NCBI GenBank assembly: GCA_041622815.1
Contig: JBFJYC010000001.1
Location: 1-41,175, forward strand
DNA: 41,175 nucleotides
Direction of reading: 5' to 3'
Source: Spongiibacteraceae bacterium
Lineage (GTDB): Bacteria > Pseudomonadota > Gammaproteobacteria > Pseudomonadales > Spongiibacteraceae
Shown in pieces: positions 35,877-41,175 of this stretch (position 1 is its first letter; every line of letters starts with the position of its first letter). Made by a program: the position numbers and the translations under genes. The notes under the pieces are model-generated. The model saw nothing but the letters and a program-made list of their open reading frames with translations, was not told the origin of the DNA and did not search any database.

Positions 35877-36833
35877 CTAGGCGGAGTGACGCGCCCGCCG
35901 CGCCAGCCATACATCCAGACCCTGTGCATTCAGCTGCATATCAAACTGTAAAAGTTGCGCAAACTCCTGCGATGCTGACGCGTCGGCGCCCGCCGCAAGC
36001 AGCTCCGGCAAGGTGTAGTCCCACAATGCCTGACTCAGCTTCGTAAGCCGTTCTTCCGGATCGTCTCCCGCATGCGCCAGCGCGATATCGCGATAGGCGC
36101 GCACCTGCCGGATCATCTGCTCCGCCGCGGCTTCCACATTATCAATTTGACCGAAATGGGTGAGATAACACTGCCTGGGCTGCTGGGCCAACAGTAGCTG
36201 AATCGACGACACCAGCTTCTCCGGGTCAAACTGCACCGGCGTGGTAGTCGGGATCATGAAACCGGCGCCATCGAAGCGCATCTGCGGGTAACTGATACCC
36301 ATCGTGTCGCCGGTAAACCAGCCTTCGCTCTCCGCGTCCCAGATACAAAAATGGTGGTCTGCATGGCCCGGTGTATCTCTGAACTGCAGTGGCCGGCCGG
36401 CAAGCCGGATCACTTCGCCGTCATTCATTTCCCGCACCCGGCGCTCCTCGACCGGCGAGATCTCACCGTACAGCGCGTTAAAAACCTCCTCACCGTAAAC
36501 CGCCTTTGAACCGGCGATGAGTTTTGCCGGATTAATCAGGTGTCGCGCACCCAACGGGTGCACCAGCAGTGTCGCCTCCTGAAACAGGTGCATCATGGTG
36601 CCGGCACCACCGGCATGATCCAGATGCACATGGGTAGGAATTACATAGCGCACCTGTTCCGGGCGTAGGCCGCGCTCACTCATCAGCTGCTGCAACCGCG
36701 CCACACTGCGCGAGGTGCCGGTTTCGATGACAGCGAGCTCATCTCCTTGCTGCAGCACGTAGAAACAGGCCAATCCGTCTCGCAGGTAGTCAGCATCGAC
36801 ACAGGTAATACCGTGATTTAAATCTGAAAACAT
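35877..36833 (-). CDS. MBL-fold metallo-hydrolase
   Basis: The metal-binding motif THVHLDHAGG (HxHxDH) is present, with downstream His/Asp ligands (TPGHADHH). Confidence 0.85.
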   Translation of the reverse strand: MFSDLNHGITCVDADYLRDGLACFYVLQQGDELAVIETGTSRSVARLQQLMSERGLRPEQVRYVIPTHVHLDHAGGAGTMMHLFQEATLLVHPLGARHLINPAKLIAGSKAVYGEEVFNALYGEISPVEERRVREMNDGEVIRLAGRPLQFRDTPGHADHHFCIWDAESEGWFTGDTMGISYPQMRFDGAGFMIPTTTPVQFDPEKLVSSIQLLLAQQPRQCYLTHFGQIDNVEAAAEQMIRQVRAYRDIALAHAGDDPEERLTKLSQALWDYTLPELLAAGADASASQEFAQLLQFDMQLNAQGLDVWLARRARHSA

Positions 36834-37008
36834 AATAGGCGGAATAAATTACAGCGGTGCCGCAGCTTAGGTAGTTGTCGGATTAGCGTCAATCGACATC
36901 ACTCGCCCTGCTCAAAACCGACACAGCATCTGTGCGGCGGGTGATATAAACTCGACGACAATAATTTCTCTAATGATGTGACTGATTTTCAGTTAAACGA
37001 AACAGGCT

Positions 37009-38706
37009 GTGAAGAAAAATAAGCCCCCAGCGAGCCTTTCGACGCAGCTTTACCCGCTTGTCGTGGGCATGCCGCTGATACTGACGCTCACCCTAAGCTT
37101 GCTCGCGGGCCATATCGCGGGCAGTCAGATAGCCCAGGCGCAGGGGAAATATCTCGCGGCAGTGGCCGCAAGAGTCGCCGATCACGTCGACCAGTCCTTG
37201 GCTGAACGCTGGCTGGATATTCAGAATTTATCGCGCAATCGCCGCTTAACGCGGCAGCCGGGGATCGTCCGCGCCGAACTGGAAAGCCTGCGCCAGAGCT
37301 ACCAAGAGTTCGCCTGGATAGGCGTAACAAACGCCGACGGCACGGTCATCGTCGCTACTGACGAATTATTGGAGGGGCTCGATGTCGCAGCCCGGCCATG
37401 GTTCATCCATGCAAAAGCCGCTGCCTATGTCGGCGACCTGCACGGCGCAAAATTGTTACAGGGCAGAATCGACAATCCGCATGCGGAGCCACTGCGCTTT
37501 GTCGATATCAGCGCGCCGCTACACAATGCCCGCGGCGAGTTTCAGGGCGTATTAGGCGCCCATCTCTTCGCCGGCTGGATCAGCAAGGTACTGCGCGAAT
37601 TTCACGCGCGCCTTAATGATCCGCTGCCAATCGACATCATCATCCTGAACGGCGCGCAGGAAGTAATATTCGGCGCTTCTGACAGCATCGGCGACACGAT
37701 CAGGCCGGATCTACCGCCACCGGATTTACAGCGGACGCAAATCGGATACCTCACGGAATCAGTGATTAACGACAGCGAAGGCTTTACCGGGTATGCCTAC
37801 TCGCAAGCCATCGGTGACTTTCCGGGTCTGGACTGGACTATTCTGGTCCACGCACCCTTAGTGGATATCCTCAGGCCTGCACGCACAATACAAATACAGC
37901 TGCTGGCTTCGGGCTTACTCATCGGCCTCGCGTTTGTCGGACTGGGTATCTATCGGGTGCAAAGAATTTCAGGGCCGATCAAAGCGCTTTCACAGCGGGT
38001 GGCCAATGCCCGCAACATCTCTGACCTGAGCAGTATCCCCCCTGAATCTTCATTTTTAGAGATGGCGGAGCTGACCACTACACTCAAAAAAATGGCGCTG
38101 CGGCTGCGCGCCGGAGAAAACGAACTCGCGCGACACCGGGCGGCGCAGGAGCGTCAGAACGCGGAAATACGCAAACTTGAAACCACTGCGAACACCGACC
38201 AACTCACCGGCATTCTGAACCGGCGCGCTTTCGAGAAAATTCTGCCGGCGGCGATCCGCAGCGCCTCTGAAGCTTCGCCGGTAGCGATTTCAATTCTCGA
38301 CCTCGATCATTTCAAAGCCATCAACGATCAATATGGCCACGCGGTCGGCGATGAAGTGCTGGTGGCGGTGACCGAAGCGATATCGACCTGCGTCCGCGGC
38401 ACCGATAGCTTTGTGCGCTTAGGCGGAGAGGAATTCGCGCTGATTTTTCCCGATACCAGCTCGACAATAGCGGTAGAACTGATTGAGCGGATTCGCAAAA
38501 AGGTGCTGTCGATCGAAGTCATTGCCAATACCTATGCGGTAATCGTTTCGGCCAGCTTTGGTCTGGTCATGGCGACCTCACCGGACGAGGATCCGAAGGA
38601 GTTGCTACTCAATGCCGACAAGGCGCTGTATGCGGCCAAGGCCGCCGGACGGAATTGCGTGCGGGTCTCGGTCCCGGTACAGACACCGGGATGCGCCCCC
38701 AATTAA
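37009..38706 (+). CDS. Diguanylate cyclase with periplasmic Cache-like sensor, two TM helices, coiled coil and GGDEF domain
   Basis: Domain order is TM1 (LVVGMPLILTLTLSLLAG), a Cache-like region (WIGVTNADGTVIVAT...ARPWF) and TM2 (LLASGLLIGLAFVGLGIY). The GGDEF domain has the active-site motif GGEEF and an RGTD I-site 5 residues upstream. GTG start per the ORF track. Confidence 0.9.
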   Translation: MKKNKPPASLSTQLYPLVVGMPLILTLTLSLLAGHIAGSQIAQAQGKYLAAVAARVADHVDQSLAERWLDIQNLSRNRRLTRQPGIVRAELESLRQSYQEFAWIGVTNADGTVIVATDELLEGLDVAARPWFIHAKAAAYVGDLHGAKLLQGRIDNPHAEPLRFVDISAPLHNARGEFQGVLGAHLFAGWISKVLREFHARLNDPLPIDIIILNGAQEVIFGASDSIGDTIRPDLPPPDLQRTQIGYLTESVINDSEGFTGYAYSQAIGDFPGLDWTILVHAPLVDILRPARTIQIQLLASGLLIGLAFVGLGIYRVQRISGPIKALSQRVANARNISDLSSIPPESSFLEMAELTTTLKKMALRLRAGENELARHRAAQERQNAEIRKLETTANTDQLTGILNRRAFEKILPAAIRSASEASPVAISILDLDHFKAINDQYGHAVGDEVLVAVTEAISTCVRGTDSFVRLGGEEFALIFPDTSSTIAVELIERIRKKVLSIEVIANTYAVIVSASFGLVMATSPDEDPKELLLNADKALYAAKAAGRNCVRVSVPVQTPGCAPN

Positions 38707-38718
38707 CCGCCGCCCCGC

Positions 38719-38739
38719 CAACTATAATATTTTTAGTTG
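38719..38739 (+). terminator. Weak AT-rich hairpin after the diguanylate cyclase gene
   Basis: CAACTA (38719-38724) / TAGTTG (38734-38739) with a 9-nt loop, followed by tttaaatt. It lies between convergent stops at 38706 and 38747. Confidence 0.3.
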
Positions 38740-38746
38740 TTTAAAT

Positions 38747-40912
38747 TCAAAGAGTTATCGACAAGGCAACCGGCACGGACTTGAACGCCGGCGTATGACT
38801 GCGGTGGTCACTGCCCCGCCCCGTCAGGACATTAGCTTCGGGGTAATAGACCGCCAGATTGCCCTGCGGAATATCAAAAATCCGCACCTTCACCGCGGGC
38901 ATGGCACCGGTCTCGGTGGCCAGATCAACGGCATCACCCTCATTGATACCCCGCTCCAGCGCATCCTGCCGGTTCATCAGCACGGTCCAGCGGCTATCGA
39001 CACCGCGATAGCTGTCGGCCTCTTCGTAGATAATCGAATTGAACTGGCCCTCGCTGCGAATGGTCATCAGCATAAATTCCGGCTGCGCAGTCACCGCCGC
39101 TTCCGGCAGCGCGAAGCGCGCTTTGCCATCACCGGTTTTAAACTCCGGCGTGTGCCGCAGCCGCCCGGCGACATAAAACTCGCGCTTCGCGACATCGATA
39201 TCGGCCAGCGCCTCCATTCCGGGAATCACTGCCGCAATCGCCTTGCGTACATTGCCGTGTTTTTTGAAGGCACTGAAATCAAAACCGCCGGCGCCGGCAA
39301 TCGCGCCGGCCAGATCGGCGAGAATACTCACCTCCGAGCGCACCGAGGCGATACGCTCGATACCGCCGTCACTCATCCGCACATAATTGAACATCGACTC
39401 CTGCGTGGTCGGCTGCGGCTCTTCATCCCGGGCGCAAACCGGCAGAATCAAGGATTCGCTAGCGTCGTTGCCGTGCAAATGGCCGGCGTTCAGCGTGGTG
39501 GTCAGAAAGAGCTTAAACGGAATCCGGCTAAAAGCGGTCGCTGTCCAGCCGCTGTCGGGGGTGGCGCTGAACAGATTGCCGCCCATCATCAGCGCCGCTT
39601 CGATGCCACCGGCATGCGCCCGCTCCAATGAAGCCAAGGTATGTAAACCGGCTGTTTGCGGTAGCTTCACCTGATAGGCGGCTTCGATATTGCTGAATAC
39701 CTGCGCCGGCAATACCGGCTTCACGCCGATCGTGCCGATACCCTGCACATTGCTATGCCCGCGCAACGGCAGCAATCCCGCGTGGGGCCGGCCGATCATG
39801 CCACGCAGCAGCGCCAGATTGCTGATCCACTCAATATTGTCGACGCCGTGACGGTGGTGGGTCATCCCCATGCCCCAGGCAAAGACCGTGTTTTTTGAGG
39901 CCGCATAAACCCGCGCAATCTCAAAGATCGTTTCGCGCGCAATGCCGCAGCTGTGCTCAATGGCTTGCCATGTTTCCACTGCCAGCGCGCTGCGCAACTC
40001 AGCAAAGTTAGCGGTGTGCGTGCTAATAAACGCCGCATCTTCGGCGCCCGCCTCCAGCACCGCTTTGGCAATACCTTTAAATAAGGCGATATCACTGCCG
40101 ATACGCGGCTGCAGATAGTGGGAGGCAACCTCGTCGCCGCCCTTGAGCATCGAACTGGCCATGCGCGGCGCCGCAAACTTCACCAGGCCCGCCTCTTTTA
40201 GCGGGTTGATGACAACGACCCTGCCGCCGCGACGGCGCAGTTTGATCAGCTTGTGCAAAAGCCGCGGATGGTTCGATGCCGGGTTAGCGCCGATCAGAAA
40301 TACCAGATCGCAGCCGCCGAGGTCGGCGAGTTCAACCGTCGCCGTGCCGGTACCGACCGTGCTCTCCAGCGCCACACCCGTCGCCTGATGGCAGTAATAG
40401 GAGCAGTTGCTGATATTGTTGGTGCCATAGAGGCGCGCCATCAACTGCAGCACAAAGCCGGCCTCGTTTGAGGACCGCCCCGAGCTATAAAAGAAGGTTT
40501 TGTCCGGATCGGCGGCGTTAAATTTTTCAGCGGCCCGCGCCAGCGCCCAATCCCAGTCTACCTCCGTGTAGCGATCGCTATCCGCCGCTTTAAATATTGG
40601 CTTGCCCAAGCGGCCCAGATGCTCGAGGTCGTAGGCGCGGAGGTCGCGCAACTCGGACAGCGGATGGTCGAATATTTCTGCCGGAATCGGCGGCTGAATA
40701 TCCGTGGACTGCGCCTGCAGGCTTTTATTGCACACCGAGGGATACTCATCCAACTCGTTGGTCATACCACCGCGCTGACCGCCCATACCCAGACCACAGG
40801 CCTTGCAGGTGTTATTCGCATTCAGCGCTTTGGCGCTGTCGAGCAGGCCGATACGCCGCGCAGTCGCCAGCGTATAGAGTACTTTTTTGGCACCGCCGCC
40901 GATGATGGCCAT
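38747..40912 (-). CDS. FdhF/YdeP-family molybdopterin oxidoreductase
   Basis: The N-terminus GGGAKKVLYT...NTCKACGLGMGGQRGGM...SVCNKS carries the Fe-S Cys motif of the YdeP family. Size (721 aa) and the C-terminal molybdopterin dinucleotide-binding-like region both fit. Confidence 0.9.
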   Translation of the reverse strand: MAIIGGGAKKVLYTLATARRIGLLDSAKALNANNTCKACGLGMGGQRGGMTNELDEYPSVCNKSLQAQSTDIQPPIPAEIFDHPLSELRDLRAYDLEHLGRLGKPIFKAADSDRYTEVDWDWALARAAEKFNAADPDKTFFYSSGRSSNEAGFVLQLMARLYGTNNISNCSYYCHQATGVALESTVGTGTATVELADLGGCDLVFLIGANPASNHPRLLHKLIKLRRRGGRVVVINPLKEAGLVKFAAPRMASSMLKGGDEVASHYLQPRIGSDIALFKGIAKAVLEAGAEDAAFISTHTANFAELRSALAVETWQAIEHSCGIARETIFEIARVYAASKNTVFAWGMGMTHHRHGVDNIEWISNLALLRGMIGRPHAGLLPLRGHSNVQGIGTIGVKPVLPAQVFSNIEAAYQVKLPQTAGLHTLASLERAHAGGIEAALMMGGNLFSATPDSGWTATAFSRIPFKLFLTTTLNAGHLHGNDASESLILPVCARDEEPQPTTQESMFNYVRMSDGGIERIASVRSEVSILADLAGAIAGAGGFDFSAFKKHGNVRKAIAAVIPGMEALADIDVAKREFYVAGRLRHTPEFKTGDGKARFALPEAAVTAQPEFMLMTIRSEGQFNSIIYEEADSYRGVDSRWTVLMNRQDALERGINEGDAVDLATETGAMPAVKVRIFDIPQGNLAVYYPEANVLTGRGSDHRSHTPAFKSVPVALSITL

Positions 40913-41124
40913 ACAGATTCCGTGCGAAACTCAGCGGTGAATGATAGGCGGTATGGGGCTGAAAAAGCAGTGGTGACGGAGGAAAAGCCATTCCTGCAGT
41001 CGGCTTTTTGGGAGGCGCTCCTGCTAACGGGCGACCAAAACCCAAGCATTGCGCTATCAATTGATGATTTGTGGCCTTTGGGCCGCAAATCACCCTGCGG
41101 GCGCCGTCGCGATGCTCCTGCGTC

Positions 41125-41143
41125 CAAAACGCTGTGCGTTTTG
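41125..41143. other. 8-bp hairpin CAAAACGC-tgt-GCGTTTTG in the ORF-free region upstream of the YdeP-family gene
   Basis: Read directly. It could be the terminator of a gene beyond the window edge or part of a structured leader. Confidence 0.25.
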
Positions 41144-41175
41144 TCGAACGGATGGTTCTACTCACCATCACGGCC

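Noticed and set aside
38558-39631. 357-aa plus-strand ORF overlapping the diguanylate cyclase 3' end and antisense to the YdeP-family gene
   Set aside because: Its composition is Arg-rich with no motifs, and both overlapped genes are confidently real. The same reasoning applies to 19748-20557, 17266-18054, 15146-15697 and 30744-31334.
38747-40912. Checked the FdhF/YdeP-family gene for an in-frame TGA (selenocysteine) or frameshift
   Set aside because: The ORF is continuous over 721 codons with the N-terminal Cys motif intact, so there is no evidence for recoding or pseudogenisation.
40812-41171. Minus-strand ORFs of 119 aa and 101 aa at the right edge
   Set aside because: They overlap the start of the YdeP-family gene out of frame, have odd composition and no start context. 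I treat the region as non-coding leader or intergenic DNA.
1-41175. Scan for CRISPR arrays, IS elements, integrases, tRNA/rRNA genes, toxin-antitoxin pairs and known defence-system hallmarks
   Set aside because: I saw no direct-repeat/spacer periodicity. I saw no transposase or integrase-like translations and no cloverleaf-like or rRNA-like segments in the short intergenic regions. I saw no small paired ORFs. Absence is judged by eye only; tRNAscan-SE, Infernal and DefenseFinder/PADLOC would be the decisive checks.

Overview
This is a 41.2-kb, GC-rich, densely coding chromosomal segment. Gene content suggests an environmental or marine gammaproteobacterium: aceEF without lpd, perM/bepA synteny and two TonB-dependent receptors. 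That placement is inference only. I support 27 protein-coding genes. I recognised no rRNA, tRNA, CRISPR array, transposase, integrase or phage genes. A housekeeping block at about 4.3-16.2 kb carries aceF, aceE, an M16 peptidase, a PerM-like AI-2E transporter, a TusA-like protein, a BepA-like protease, yaeQ and nadA. Accessory genes surround it. They are: a KstD-like flavoprotein (5' partial); TonB-dependent receptor + esterase + SDR; a three-gene molybdenum hydroxylase (2Fe-2S subunit, Mo subunit, small dihaem cytochrome c); a membrane-anchored VOC protein; an acyl-CoA ligase; a second TonB-dependent receptor + SDR + MBL hydrolase; a Cache-GGDEF diguanylate cyclase; and a YdeP/FdhF-family oxidoreductase. 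No obvious defence or mobile system is present. The candidates for undescribed biology are single genes or small modules. (1) 1349-4039: an 896-aa secreted protein with an extreme His-rich N-terminal tract, a beta-helix-like body split by a roughly 210-aa coiled coil, and a second internal His cluster. (2) 20697-23372: a membrane-spanning non-RD Hanks-type Ser/Thr kinase whose extracytoplasmic part is five ~56-aa repeats, each with a C-x7-C pair. It is followed 21 nt later by a glycine-zipper lipoprotein. (3) 24623-26119: a secreted two-lobed tectonin-like beta-propeller protein. (4) 26.2-36.8 kb: a receptor-centred catabolic island of unknown substrate. All functional calls come from motif recognition in the supplied translations. 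No database search was run.
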